42,755 bases of DNA, from assembly GCA_038850285.1 (NCBI GenBank), contig JAWCMA010000002.1:67783-110537 (forward strand), in the 5' to 3' direction. Source of the DNA: Methanocellales archaeon. GTDB lineage: Archaea > Halobacteriota > JAWCLZ01. A model generated the notes under the pieces. It was not told the DNA's origin. It did not search any database and worked only from the letters and a program-made list of their open reading frames with translations. The translations under genes were made by a program, and so were the position numbers. Position 1 is the stretch's first letter; each line of letters opens with the position of its first letter. This document shows positions 1 through 10,260 of the stretch, piece after piece.

Positions 1-1
1 A

Positions 2-472
2 ATCTTGGATTTACTGGTGCACGATTCCTCAAAAACTTTTAAGCAAATGGCGGAAGAACTAAGCATAGATCAGCGCACGGTTAGTTCTAGAGTGAAGAAG
101 CTGAAGAAATGCGGGATAATCGAGGAAATGGGTGCGCATATTAACTTTCAGAAGCTCTGGGGAGTATCAGTTGTAATTGGAATTAATTTAGATCTTCAAA
201 AATCAAGTACCGTTAATTTCTTCAGAGAGCTTATGTCGAAGGTGAAGAGCAATCGCATACGATCAGTCTACGAAGGCTTTGGGAGCCATGATTTGATTAT
301 TATAATGACTGCTATTGACAATCAAGAGCTCAATGATATGCTCATGGTTATTAAAAGCTTGAGTGGAATAAAAGACATTAAGGTAACTACCATAACCAAT
401 ACCCTAAGACATCTCCACGTAGTGCCAGATCCAGAGGACCTTAAAAAAGCTAGGATGAGGATTTTTGAGTGA
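2..472 (+). CDS. Lrp/AsnC-family transcriptional regulator (probably 5'-truncated by the window edge)
   Basis: HTH segment FKQMAEELSIDQRTVSSRVKKLKKCGII and RAM-domain motif VYEGFGSHDLII; frame is open to the window start. Confidence 0.85.
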   Translation: MLDLLVHDSSKTFKQMAEELSIDQRTVSSRVKKLKKCGIIEEMGAHINFQKLWGVSVVIGINLDLQKSSTVNFFRELMSKVKSNRIRSVYEGFGSHDLIIIMTAIDNQELNDMLMVIKSLSGIKDIKVTTITNTLRHLHVVPDPEDLKKARMRIFE

Positions 473-903
473 GGCAAAGAGTGAGGCAGATATTCATAGC
501 AGTTGGCGCGGTGATTAAAAACAGTGAAGGAAAGATCTTGCTTGTGCAGCATAAACCTGAGCGCTTTGGCTACTGGAGGGGGAAGTGGATTTGCCCGGGG
601 GGGAGGTTGAAACTAGGGGAATCCATTGAGGCTGGCATTAAGCGCGAGGTTAAAGAGGAAACTAATCTAGATATCGAACTTAAAGAGCCATTAGTTCCTT
701 TTGAGAGAATAGTTAAAAAAGGTAGGGAGATAGAGCTTCACGTTATCTATATAGATTATATTGCAAGGATAGCAGGGGGAGATTTGAAAGTGGGAAGTGA
801 TGTAGGCAAAGCTAAGTTTGCAAGTCGCAATGAAATTCTGGAAATGTGGAGCGAGCTACATGAAGATACCAAAAAACTATTGAAAATTGCAAGAATAATT
901 TAA
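469..903 (+). CDS. NUDIX hydrolase
   Basis: Nudix box GGRLKLGESIEAGIKREVKEETNL; GTGA overlap with the upstream gene. Confidence 0.92.
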   Translation: MRQRVRQIFIAVGAVIKNSEGKILLVQHKPERFGYWRGKWICPGGRLKLGESIEAGIKREVKEETNLDIELKEPLVPFERIVKKGREIELHVIYIDYIARIAGGDLKVGSDVGKAKFASRNEILEMWSELHEDTKKLLKIARII

Positions 904-1036
904 GCATTAAAGCTAAAAATTCTATTAATATTAGAAATATATACCAATATTTTTTATTTAATGTTAAAATTTTCAATAAAATTTATATATTGCTTCCATC
1001 ATAATAATGTACAGTAATTAAAAGGGGGAGTGCTGA

Positions 1037-2834
1037 ATACTCCTTGGATTTGCAAAGGAAAAGGAAAATGAGGAGCTTAAAAAATCTGCTGAACTATATA
1101 TAGATTTATTTGAAAATGCCTATGATGCAATATTCAACCTAGATTTAAATGGCAACTTCACAGCAGTTAATAAAAAGACTGAAGAAATAACTGGCTACAA
1201 GCGAGAAGAATTAATTGGCAAATCTGTATTGCTTATTCTCCCCAAACAATTTCACGAGCGAGCTATAGATAAAATCGCAGAAATAGAGAGCGGCAAAACA
1301 CTCGGGCCTTTTTTTATCGAGCTTAAATCAAAAAATGGCGTGAAAAAAGTTGAAATCACAGCTAGGCCGGTTAAAATTGAAGATAAAATAATTGCCATAC
1401 AGGTCATAGCTCGGGATGCAACAGCTAGAGACAAAATGGAGCGGGAACTTAAAGAAGCTAGAGATCTTCTGCAAATAATCTTAAGCACCATAGATGAATG
1501 CATCGTGGTAATAAATCGAGATTATAAGATTTCAAAAATCAAAACCAATAAAACTCTCGATAAGGAAATAATTGGTAAATCTTGCCACGAATATCTGCAT
1601 AATTTAGCTAATCGCTGCACGCAATACCTATGCCCTGTGGAAAAGGTATTTGAAACCGGCAAGCCTTTTAGCACCACTCACATTCACTTCGATAGCGAGA
1701 GCAAGCCGCATATTGTTGAAATTGAGGCATATCCCCTCTATGACTCAAGTGGAGTGGTGATGCAGGTAATTAAAGTCATAAGAGATGTTTCAATCAAAAG
1801 AGAACTGGAACAGAAGACCAGAGAGGCTATGGAATTTTTAGATCAAGTCATCGAAAATGCATATGACATCATAATTGTGCTAGACTGCGAGGGGAAATTT
1901 AAACTCATAAATCAAGCAGCCGAAAAAATAACTGGATATAAACGAGAAGAATGGATGGGAAAGCCCTTCGCAAAAATCATAGCACCTGAATATCTCGATA
2001 TAACCCTAGATAAATTCAAGAAGGCGTTGAATGGCAGAGAGATCAAGCCATTTGAAATTGAGATACTGAGCAAAGATAGCGGAAGAATAGCTCTAGAAGT
2101 AAATGCAAGAGGAATGCGCCAGGATGGAAAGATTTCAAGCGTGGTATGCATAGCTCGCAATATCGCTGAAAAGAAGAAAACTGAGCAAAAGCTCGAGGAA
2201 TATGCTTCTCAGCTGAAACAAGAGATCTCCTTCATCGAGCGCTTGCAAGCGATATCTGAAAAAATGTGCTCCCCCTTGGAAAGGATAGAGGTGCTGAAGA
2301 TAATCTGCCAGAGTGTAGTAGATACCCTAAGCTATAAAATGGCCTGGATTGGACTTGTGGATGAAGCAAATTCTGAAGTTATACCAGTTGCTCAAGTGGG
2401 CTTTGAAGCTAGCTATCTTGAGGATAAGGTCGATTCCCTTGGTCTTGAACCTATGAGCTTGGCTATAAAGACTGGAAAGGTGCAGCGCAATATCGCGCCG
2501 GAGGCTTTGAAGCTAGGCTATCGCTATTCAGCTGCAATTCCATTGATTGTTAAGGATAAAGTGATAGGAGCTTTAAATGCATATAGTGAAAATGAAGCCG
2601 CTTTTGATGAAAAAGAGATCTCCAGATTGCAGATCTTCTCAAGGCTTGCTACCATTGCAATTGAAAATTCGCGTTTATATATAGAACTCCAAGAACAGTC
2701 AAAGCACAAATGCGATTTTGTGAATATGGACCCTTGCAAAGAGCTATATAGAGCTCCATGGAGGAGAAATGTGGGTTGAAAGTGAAGTTGATAAAGGCTC
2801 CATCTTCTACTTCACAATACCTAAGGGAGGATGA
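1037..2834 (+). pseudogene. PAS-PAS-PAS-GAF sensor histidine kinase with internal deletion and frameshift of the HisKA/HATPase core
   Basis: Frame open from 1037 with PAS repeats (ENAYDAIF..., ENAYDIII...) and a GAF domain (AAIPLIVKDKVIGALNAY...AIAIENSRLY). After KCDFVNM the H-box is missing; another frame at 2733-2834 reads [33 protein letters not shown], an HATPase C-terminus. Confidence 0.85.
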
Positions 2835-3568
2835 TTATGAAGAAGGCCATTAAAAAAGTTATGATTGTTGACGATGAAAGAGACGTGGTGAATTTATTCG
2901 AAGAAATGCTCTCAGATAATTATCAAGTTATAAAGGCATATAGCGGTGAAGAATGCCTTGAAAAACTCAAGCTGGAGAAGCCAGATTTAATCTTGCTTGA
3001 TATATTAATGCCTGAGATGAATGGTTGGCAAGTGCTGGAGAAGATCAAGCAATACCCAGAGCTTAAGGATATACCAGTTATCATGCTAACCGCAGTTAAA
3101 CCAGATTTCAGCATACTTCAAAAAGGCATCGAAAACTACATAGTCAAACCAGTGGCGCGAGGCGAACTCATAAACACAGTGAACGAATTCTTCAAAGCTA
3201 GAGAAGCAATGGCGCAGTTTGAAGCCAGAGCTCTAGCCAGAGGCGTGGCAAAGGATTTGGTAGTGGAATACAAGGAAAAAGCTAGGCAGCTCGATGTCAG
3301 CGAGAAGCTATCAACGCTGCTCAAGCAAATCTTTACCCAGAAAGCTATGGGGCACGAGGAGAGTACTCAAAATTTAATGAAGAGCTTGGAGAGAGCGATT
3401 GAATTGCAAAGAGAAGAAGTACATCGCCTTCAAATTGAAATTGAAAAATACTTCCAAGATCCAAGGGAGCTAAGGGCATTCTTCGATATTGCAGAGTGGA
3501 GTGCAAGGAAAAAGAAATGCGAAGGAGCGGGTTTAAAGTATATGAAGCGGAGGCAGTGGTTCAGCTAG
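2831..3568 (+). CDS. Response regulator receiver protein with C-terminal helical (HalX-like) extension
   Basis: [30 protein letters not shown] and YIVKP receiver motifs; ATGA overlap with the original kinase stop. Confidence 0.9.
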   Translation: MIMKKAIKKVMIVDDERDVVNLFEEMLSDNYQVIKAYSGEECLEKLKLEKPDLILLDILMPEMNGWQVLEKIKQYPELKDIPVIMLTAVKPDFSILQKGIENYIVKPVARGELINTVNEFFKAREAMAQFEARALARGVAKDLVVEYKEKARQLDVSEKLSTLLKQIFTQKAMGHEESTQNLMKSLERAIELQREEVHRLQIEIEKYFQDPRELRAFFDIAEWSARKKKCEGAGLKYMKRRQWFS

Positions 3569-3586
3569 AGGTCTCTTTCTTTTCTA

Positions 3587-3862
3587 TTAAGGTTTCTTCA
3601 AAGGGATTTCTATGAATGAAACCTTGACCTTCTCGCCCTTCTCACTTTGCACTTCTTCAGTACCAATTCTAATATCGCCCACTGTTAAATCCTGCATAAA
3701 TCTATTCTTAGCTACCTCTACCACGTCAACCGCTCTGGAGATTGCCCTTCCCCTTGCTTTAACAACAACTTCTTTTGCACCTTCATTGAACTGCGTTACA
3801 GTCGCAAGGACGTAGTTCATTATGGGTTTATCCCCAACCCGTATAACATTATCTTCTGGCAT
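3587..3862 (-). CDS. albA: Chromatin protein Alba
   Basis: [34 protein letters not shown]. Confidence 0.97.
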   Translation of the reverse strand: MPEDNVIRVGDKPIMNYVLATVTQFNEGAKEVVVKARGRAISRAVDVVEVAKNRFMQDLTVGDIRIGTEEVQSEKGEKVKVSFIEIPLKKP

Positions 3863-3939
3863 CCTCCGAACCTCTGTTGCACAATATCTTGTTTTTGGAT
3901 CAGATAAACCTTATCTCTTAAAGCAGCAATCAATCTGCT

Positions 3940-5031
3940 GTGGCAAGTTTAGAGGAGAAGATAAAAGCAATAGAGGAAGAGCTTAGATGCACGCCTTATA
4001 ATAAAGCCACTGAAGCCCATATAGGGCGCTTGAAAGCAAAATTAGCGAGGCTGCGCGAGGAACTCGAATCGCAAGCTGCTAAAAAAGCGAAACGAGAGGC
4101 AGAAATAAAGCGCTCTGGAGATGCAAGGGTAGTTATAGTTGGCTTTCCATCAGTTGGGAAATCAACCCTGCTGAATAAAATTACTAATGCAAAATCAGAA
4201 GTAGGCGAATATGATTTTACCACCCTTAAAATAATTCCCGGGATATTAATGCACAAAGGAGCAAGAATCCAAGTGCTGGATACACCGGGATTGATAGAGG
4301 GCGCAGCTTCAGGAAGAGGTAGAGGCAGAGAGGTGATCTCCATTATCAGAAACTCAGATCTAGTGCTTCTTTTAATCGATGTCTTCAACCCCCAGCAGCT
4401 GGAGATATTGAAAAAAGAGCTATATATTGGGGGGATAAGGATAAATGAGAAACCTCCCGAAGTTTTTATAAAGAAGAAAGCCTTGGATGGCATAAAAATA
4501 AACTTTTTAGTGGAACAAGAGCTAGATGAAAAAACCATAAAAAACGTGCTTAATGAATATAGAATACATAGCGCTGAAGTGCTCATACGCCAGAAAATCA
4601 CTATAGAGCAGCTTATAGATGCAATCCTAGGCAATCGAAAATATATTCCTGGGATTGTAGCGGTAAACAAAGTCGACCTCGCGAGCAAGGAATACCTGGA
4701 AGCCATAGAGCTGCCTAGGGATTCAATTTTGATCTCCGCCGAGAAAGGAATTGGCCTGGAAAAATTGAAGGAGGAGATCTATCTTGCCCTTAACTTCATA
4801 AGAGTCTATTTAAAGCCACCTAGAGAGCAAGCAGATATGCAAGAGCCTATGATTCTCAAAAAAGGCGCCACGGTAGCAGAGGTCTGTGACCGCTTGCATC
4901 GAGATTTCAAGCAAAATTTTAGATATGCCCAAGTCTGGGGCGAATCCGTTAAATATAAAGGACAAAGAGTTGGGCTAAACCACGAGTTAAAGAATGGAGA
5001 TGCACTTACAATTATCACCAAGCGGCGCTAG
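3940..5031 (+). CDS. DRG-family GTPase with TGS domain
   Basis: TPYNKATEAHIGRLKAKLA, GFPSVGKS, YDFTT, DTPG, NKVD, C-terminal TGS (WGESVKYKGQRVGLNHEL). Confidence 0.96.
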   Translation: MASLEEKIKAIEEELRCTPYNKATEAHIGRLKAKLARLREELESQAAKKAKREAEIKRSGDARVVIVGFPSVGKSTLLNKITNAKSEVGEYDFTTLKIIPGILMHKGARIQVLDTPGLIEGAASGRGRGREVISIIRNSDLVLLLIDVFNPQQLEILKKELYIGGIRINEKPPEVFIKKKALDGIKINFLVEQELDEKTIKNVLNEYRIHSAEVLIRQKITIEQLIDAILGNRKYIPGIVAVNKVDLASKEYLEAIELPRDSILISAEKGIGLEKLKEEIYLALNFIRVYLKPPREQADMQEPMILKKGATVAEVCDRLHRDFKQNFRYAQVWGESVKYKGQRVGLNHELKNGDALTIITKRR

Positions 5032-5087
5032 AATGAAAAAATCAAAAACCTTATGAGAATAGATAATAAATATAAAAACAGAATATT

Positions 5088-6053
5088 ATGCCTCTTCCAG
5101 ATATTCAAGCCACAAAGCCCGAGATATCCATCGATTTAACTAGAGTAGGTGTAACTGATGTTAAAAAAATCGTTGAAGTCGCAAGAGATAGCAAGCGGCC
5201 AATTGTATTGATGTCAACCTTTAGCATCTTCGTAGATCTCCCTTCAAATAGAAAGGGTGCAAATCTCTCTCGGAATTTTGAAGCAATAGATGAAGTTCTC
5301 GAGGAGGCACTTGCTTCACCGGTTTACGAGATTGAAGAGCTATGCAGCGAAGTCGCGAGGCGTCTTTTATTGCGACATGAATATGCATCTCGCTCCGAAG
5401 TGAGGATGAAGAGCGAGTTGATGATTAAAAAGAAAACCCCTAAGACTGCTTTAGCCTGTCAAGAAGTAGTGGATATATATGCACAGGCTGTGGCAACTAG
5501 GAGAAATGGCGAGACCAAGGTGAAAAAAACCATTGGTGTGGAGAAACTAGGGATAACCGCTTGTCCTTGTGCTCAAGAGATTTCGAGAAAAAGAGCTAGA
5601 GATAAACTTCGACAGCTTGGAATGGATGAGGAAAATGTGGAAATTTTCTTAAAAGAAATCCCAATGGCTACGCATAATCAGCGTGGTCGAGGTATAATCT
5701 TCATAGAAGTGGACGATGGCTACGAAGTTCCAATTGAAAAGTTAATAGCCATCATTGAGCAATCCATGAGTTCTCAAACTTTTGAGTTGCTTAAGCGGAA
5801 GGATGAAGCTGAGATCGTTGAAATAGCTCATAAAAATCCTAAGTTTGTGGAAGATTGCGTGCGCTTAATGGCTCAGAAAATCGTTAAAGCATTTCCAAAG
5901 CTCCCTGACGATGCAGTGGTAACAATAAGGCAGATCAATGAAGAGAGCATACATCGCCATAATGCATTTGCCGAGCGCGTTGCTACCATAGGAGATTTGA
6001 GAAAAGAGTTAATCGCAGAAGGCGAAGGGCTTGCTAGAGTAATCCAAGTTTAA
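5088..6053 (+). CDS. mptA: GTP cyclohydrolase IV (methanopterin pathway)
   Basis: [60 protein letters not shown]. Confidence 0.93.
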   Translation: MPLPDIQATKPEISIDLTRVGVTDVKKIVEVARDSKRPIVLMSTFSIFVDLPSNRKGANLSRNFEAIDEVLEEALASPVYEIEELCSEVARRLLLRHEYASRSEVRMKSELMIKKKTPKTALACQEVVDIYAQAVATRRNGETKVKKTIGVEKLGITACPCAQEISRKRARDKLRQLGMDEENVEIFLKEIPMATHNQRGRGIIFIEVDDGYEVPIEKLIAIIEQSMSSQTFELLKRKDEAEIVEIAHKNPKFVEDCVRLMAQKIVKAFPKLPDDAVVTIRQINEESIHRHNAFAERVATIGDLRKELIAEGEGLARVIQV

Positions 6054-6100
6054 GTTCAAGTCAAATCCAAGTCCAGGTTTAAGTTTAAGTCCAAGTCTAA
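6045..6100 (+). repeat. Degenerate hexamer tandem repeat (YAAGTY-like, about 9 units) spanning and following the mptA stop
   Basis: caagtt taagtt caagt caaatc caagtc caggtt taagtt taagtc caagtc taa. Confidence 0.75.
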
Positions 6101-6103
6101 AGA

Positions 6104-6118
6104 CAAAAGTTTAAGATA
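6104..6118 (+). promoter_or_regulatory. Candidate BRE/TATA promoter for the riboswitch transcript
   Basis: caaaag-tttaagat lies about 25-30 nt upstream of the aptamer 5' end. Confidence 0.55.
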
Positions 6119-6139
6119 TCTCGCTGAATATATGTAAGC

Positions 6140-6188
6140 AAAGGCGATGAGGCCCGCCTTTAACTGCCATTAGGCTGATGGCTTCTAT
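6140..6188 (+). ncRNA. Fluoride riboswitch (crcB motif)
   Basis: AAAGGCGATGAGGCCCGCCTTTAACTGCCATTAGGCTGATGGCTTCTA: P1 aaaggcg/cgccttt, P2 gcc/ggc, pseudoknot gaggcc(6149-6154)/ggcttc(6180-6185), conserved GGCGAUG and CUGAUG...CUA elements. Confidence 0.93.
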
Positions 6189-6194
6189 TATACA

Positions 6195-7076
6195 ATGCGC
6201 GGTGGGTTCATCTTGCCGCCTTTGCTTAATTGGAGAAATGCGATTCGCGCAGATGACGTGGTTCGATATATCTATGAAAGGCAAAATATAGATGGAGGTT
6301 ATACTTTCGCTCGAGGTGCTATGTCTTCTGCTCAGGATACCTATTATGCGGTGGAAATACTCAAAATGCTAAATGCTCCACTTGAAAACGTAGATAAAAC
6401 CATTCTTTTTCTTCAATCTCTTCAGCATCAAGATGGAGGGTTTGATTCAATTAAAGTTGCTTATTACGCGATCGCAACTCTAAGCCGATTGGGAGCTAAA
6501 CCATTGAAGCCTCTTGATAGTTTCATATATAAGGTTGTTATCCAAAAGCCTGGTAATAAAGAGGTATACATCGAGGTGGTTTCTGAAATTGAAAATCTAT
6601 GCTTATCCATTGAGCTGCTTAATAAGCTTAATCTGCTCTCAACTTCAACTTGCACCGCTCAAGAGATTTTTAAACTGCAGAACAGCGACGGGAGCTTTGG
6701 AAGTAGGAAGTACTCTAGAATTGCTTCAACGTACTACGCACTTAGGATATTGAAGATTTTGAATTACGATGTAGCAACGCTGCATAAGTCTTTGAACTGG
6801 ATTAAACGCTGCGAAATACCGGATGGAGGATTTGCAGCAGCTCCAGAACTATCCTCGCCCTATAAAGTTTTAGAGGATATCTATTATGGGGTTAAATCGC
6901 TGGAGCTCCTCAATTCCAACTGCAGTTACCCTTTAAAAACCCTAGAGCTCATAAAGCAATTTCAAAATGGAAATGGAGGATTCAGGAGGTCTATCTTCCT
7001 TGGTATCTCAGACTTTGAATCAACCTATCAAGCACTTTCTTCGATTGAAGCGATTCAGAAAAGCTTGGGAAATTAA
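6195..7076 (+). CDS. Prenyltransferase/squalene-oxidase-repeat (alpha-alpha toroid) protein, COG1689-like; true start may be TTG at 6213
   Basis: Repeated QNIDGGY, QHQDGGF, QNSDGSF, EIPDGGF, QNGNGGF, each followed by a TYYA-type helix; GGTGG SD at 6201 precedes 6213. Confidence 0.82.
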   Translation: MRGGFILPPLLNWRNAIRADDVVRYIYERQNIDGGYTFARGAMSSAQDTYYAVEILKMLNAPLENVDKTILFLQSLQHQDGGFDSIKVAYYAIATLSRLGAKPLKPLDSFIYKVVIQKPGNKEVYIEVVSEIENLCLSIELLNKLNLLSTSTCTAQEIFKLQNSDGSFGSRKYSRIASTYYALRILKILNYDVATLHKSLNWIKRCEIPDGGFAAAPELSSPYKVLEDIYYGVKSLELLNSNCSYPLKTLELIKQFQNGNGGFRRSIFLGISDFESTYQALSSIEAIQKSLGN

Positions 7077-7124
7077 AAATTATAAAAATAATATAAAAAC
7101 AAAAAATACTAATAATAGATATAT

Positions 7125-7676
7125 CTATTTTTTAAGCGATTGCAGGGCTATTTGAACCATTTCCTTGTATTGCTCAGGCTCGCAGCTGTAATGCTGCTTT
7201 GCCTTCAAAGCTTCTTCGCTATTTGAATTAGCTATTCGCTCTACTGTTTGCTTAGCGGTATCGAAAACCCAGATATTCCGTGTATATTCTTCTACGGCTT
7301 GTATTACCTCTGGTCTTATGGATGTTATAATCTCGCCGCTCTCAGTTTTAAATAAAGCTGGCTTTCCCACAACTGCAACGAAGCAGGGTGGATTTAACCT
7401 CGCAAGGGATTGCATAGCCTCAGGCTGATACTGCCCAGCTTGAATTAAGAAGATACCAGTGGGGTCAGCGATTCTAGCGCGCCAGAACTCAGCGCCTTCA
7501 TTGCCTGTGTTTTCTTTTTCAAGCAATGTGCCAATTATAAATAAGCGATTGCACTTTGCACCAGTTGGAGTTAGCAGATATTGAGGTGAATATTGTTCCT
7601 CGTTTTCCTTGAAAATTAAATTTGAATCGCTAAACTCTTTCGCAAAAACACGCCTTGCAATTTCTCTCTTCTGCAT
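7125..7676 (-). CDS. RPA-associated OB-fold protein (RPA32-like, COG3390-like)
   Basis: REIARRVFAKEF, YLLTPTGAKCNRLFIIGTL, RARIADPTG, AGQYQPEA, IRPE. Confidence 0.88.
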   Translation of the reverse strand: MQKREIARRVFAKEFSDSNLIFKENEEQYSPQYLLTPTGAKCNRLFIIGTLLEKENTGNEGAEFWRARIADPTGIFLIQAGQYQPEAMQSLARLNPPCFVAVVGKPALFKTESGEIITSIRPEVIQAVEEYTRNIWVFDTAKQTVERIANSNSEEALKAKQHYSCEPEQYKEMVQIALQSLKK

Positions 7677-7679
7677 TTT

Positions 7680-8609
7680 CTATCCCTCCGCTGTAGCGAT
7701 TAATTCCTCCAAGCCGCCTTCATAGAAGTTTTCAAGGCGGTAGACTTCTTCGGCAAGCACATATCTTCCAACTCTAGGCCCTCTAACTCGGAAGTATCGC
7801 CCTAGGATTTCATCTTTAATCCTATCTAATACAGCATTCGCATCTAATGCAGCTAGAGCTATTTCCTTGGCACTCTGCAGTGTTAACTCGGTGATCTGCT
7901 CCACCATTGCTCTATTCAGAATTATATCCTGAGTTTCCCTGCCAGTGTCCATCACTGCTTTCAAACGCAGGTCATATTCCCCCTCGACCGATCCATGCTC
8001 AACACAAATACCTCTAGTTAGCACCCGCTTGCAGCTTGAGCACCGCTTGATCAATCCACTTCCAGTTTGAATATCGATGAGCGCTCCCTCGATCTCTACA
8101 ATTGGATTGCTCACTTCGATTTCTTCAGTGATCTCCTTAATTTTAGTGTTTTTATTGAATTTTACACTAAATTTCCCCTGCCATTCATCGCTCACAGCTC
8201 TTTTAATATGATAGCACTTTCCCTCTTCAAGAGGCGGTAGATTTGCTTTGATCCAACTTATGAATTTTATCACCCCTGTTTCATCGCCCAACAAGCCAAC
8301 TTGTTTAATCGCAGGATTCTCAGGCATCCAAAGTTCTACAACTCTAGCTTTCAAATCCACCCAGCTGCCTGTAGCTTGAATCTGTTCAATTTTCGTTATA
8401 CTTTCAATTTGCTTGTAAAATTGCTGCTTGGGTAGCTTAGCACTGCGAAGCATCTGAGTTATTATACTCTTCTTCGCTTCCTCAACTGGTACTTTAAATT
8501 CACAAATTAAAATTCTCAGCTTCTCCTCTATTTCACTGCCATTGCATTCAACTCCAAGTTCGATGAAGCGATTGCATAGCTCTTCAGCAATCTTTTTAAT
8601 CTCATTCAT
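7680..8609 (-). CDS. Replication protein A (OB folds plus Zn finger)
   Basis: QVGLLGDETGVIKF, GSGLIKRCSSCKRVL...CVEHG...YDLRLKAVMD. Confidence 0.9.
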   Translation of the reverse strand: MNEIKKIAEELCNRFIELGVECNGSEIEEKLRILICEFKVPVEEAKKSIITQMLRSAKLPKQQFYKQIESITKIEQIQATGSWVDLKARVVELWMPENPAIKQVGLLGDETGVIKFISWIKANLPPLEEGKCYHIKRAVSDEWQGKFSVKFNKNTKIKEITEEIEVSNPIVEIEGALIDIQTGSGLIKRCSSCKRVLTRGICVEHGSVEGEYDLRLKAVMDTGRETQDIILNRAMVEQITELTLQSAKEIALAALDANAVLDRIKDEILGRYFRVRGPRVGRYVLAEEVYRLENFYEGGLEELIATAEG

Positions 8610-8790
8610 CTCCTTTCACCTTTTTTGCATTTTTTTGAACCACAAAATCATGCTAGCTTGTAGGATAATAAAGCTAAGGATAGCATGGTGAAAATAATTT
8701 TTAATATAAGCTAAACTTTAAAATCACACCATTGATTCGAGAACTAGAGCTAGCGCGCAGCTTTGCAGTAACATGCTTCTTTTTCATAAA

Positions 8791-10197
8791 TCAGCTATCT
8801 TTCAGCTTTCCAGCGTATTTGGCCCATTTATATAAAGCTGCTACAGCAGAAACCGCTTTTTCCGGTGCATAGAGATAGCACGGTATTCCTCTTTCCTCGA
8901 GATATCTTGCAGCTTCTTCCACTTCTACATCGCCTGAAAGCGAAGCCACCACTGGCTTTATCATACCCTCTCCTCTACTTTCCTCCACTGCTTCAGCTAT
9001 AATTCTAGCGAACGCCTTGGGAGGAGTTATAACTGTATGCCAGTATCCAAATATTATAGCGTGCACTCTAGGATCTTTAATTGCAATCTTCGCAGTTTCC
9101 GCTTGCACCTCCGGCGTTGAAGAGCCTGTTACGTCTACTGGATTTTTAAAAGAGCCAAATGGAGGGATATATTTGCGGAGCGCTTGCTCCAAATCAGGGG
9201 GGATTTCCATTGCTTTTAATCCATGATCATGAAGCGCATCTGCAATTATGACCCCTAAACCACCTGCACTGGTATGGATAAAGATATTCTCGCCCTTTGG
9301 AGGTGGAAGCATATAAAGTGCTCTAGCCCAGTCGAGGAATTCATCGAGGGTTCGAGCTCTTATAACTCCACTCTGCTTGAATGCTGCATCGAATATCTCA
9401 TCTGAGCCAGCTAGGGCCGCAGTATGCGAGGCTGCTGCTTTCCTCCCCAAAGGCGTTCGAGCTGCTTTAAAAGCTAAAACTGGTTTGAGCTTTGAAGCCT
9501 TCTTCGCTGCTTCTACAAAAGCAAGTCCATCTTTGAGCCCTTCCATGTGAATGGCGATCACCTTTGTATTTGGATCATGAGCGAAGAATTCAAGCAGATC
9601 AGCTTCATCGATATCAACTTTATTTCCCAAGCCAACGATGGCTGAAACCCCTATTCCTTTTGATCTAGTAAAACCAATCGCAGCCATTCCAACTCCACCG
9701 CTCTGGCATATAAAAGCAATTCCACCTTTCTTAGTATAGGGTGTACAAAATGTGGCACATAGATCGTTATAAGTGTAATAATAGCCAAAGATATTTGGAC
9801 CGAGAATTCTCACCTTAGCATTTTTAGCTGTTTCAATTAACTGGCGCTGCAATTCAACATTGCCAATTTCAGAGTAGCCTGAGGTAATGATTACAGCAGT
9901 TGGCACCTCTTTTTTACCTAGTTCTAATATAACCTCATTAACCAAGCGTGCTGGAACGGCAATAATTGCAGTGTCAATGCTTTCAGGGATCTCTCCTACA
10001 TTTGCATAATATTTCCATCCAAAAAGCTCTTCACCAACTCGCGCTGGATTCAAAGGATATATTCTCCCCTTAAACCCTCCATCGATGATATTCTTCACAA
10101 TGGAATATCCAACTTTACCAGGCTCGCTGCTGGCGCCAATTACAGCAATAGATCTAGCGTTGAACATGCGATTTAAAATAATTACAGCGTCATTCAT
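8791..10197 (-). CDS. acdA: Acyl/acetate-CoA ligase (ADP-forming), alpha subunit
   Basis: CoA-binding SIAVIGASSEPGKVG, RILGPN, QSGG, LGNKVDID, phospho-His motif SHTAALAG, NPVDVTG. Confidence 0.88.
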   Translation of the reverse strand: MNDAVIILNRMFNARSIAVIGASSEPGKVGYSIVKNIIDGGFKGRIYPLNPARVGEELFGWKYYANVGEIPESIDTAIIAVPARLVNEVILELGKKEVPTAVIITSGYSEIGNVELQRQLIETAKNAKVRILGPNIFGYYYTYNDLCATFCTPYTKKGGIAFICQSGGVGMAAIGFTRSKGIGVSAIVGLGNKVDIDEADLLEFFAHDPNTKVIAIHMEGLKDGLAFVEAAKKASKLKPVLAFKAARTPLGRKAAASHTAALAGSDEIFDAAFKQSGVIRARTLDEFLDWARALYMLPPPKGENIFIHTSAGGLGVIIADALHDHGLKAMEIPPDLEQALRKYIPPFGSFKNPVDVTGSSTPEVQAETAKIAIKDPRVHAIIFGYWHTVITPPKAFARIIAEAVEESRGEGMIKPVVASLSGDVEVEEAARYLEERGIPCYLYAPEKAVSAVAALYKWAKYAGKLKDS

Positions 10198-10260
10198 TAA
10201 GTTAAATCCCCTCTATGGATTCCTATTTTACTTCCTCAATATGCATTTTTCGCTTTTAAC

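Noticed and set aside
3996-4706. Long antisense ORF (236 aa) and the many other antisense ORFs in the track, e.g. 24945-25331, 32096-32548, 42005-42202
   Set aside because: Shadows of well-supported genes on the opposite strand, with no motifs
8649-8687. Imperfect inverted repeat catgcta...tagcatg upstream of the RPA operon
   Set aside because: Short and interrupted, with no second copy or recognisable motif
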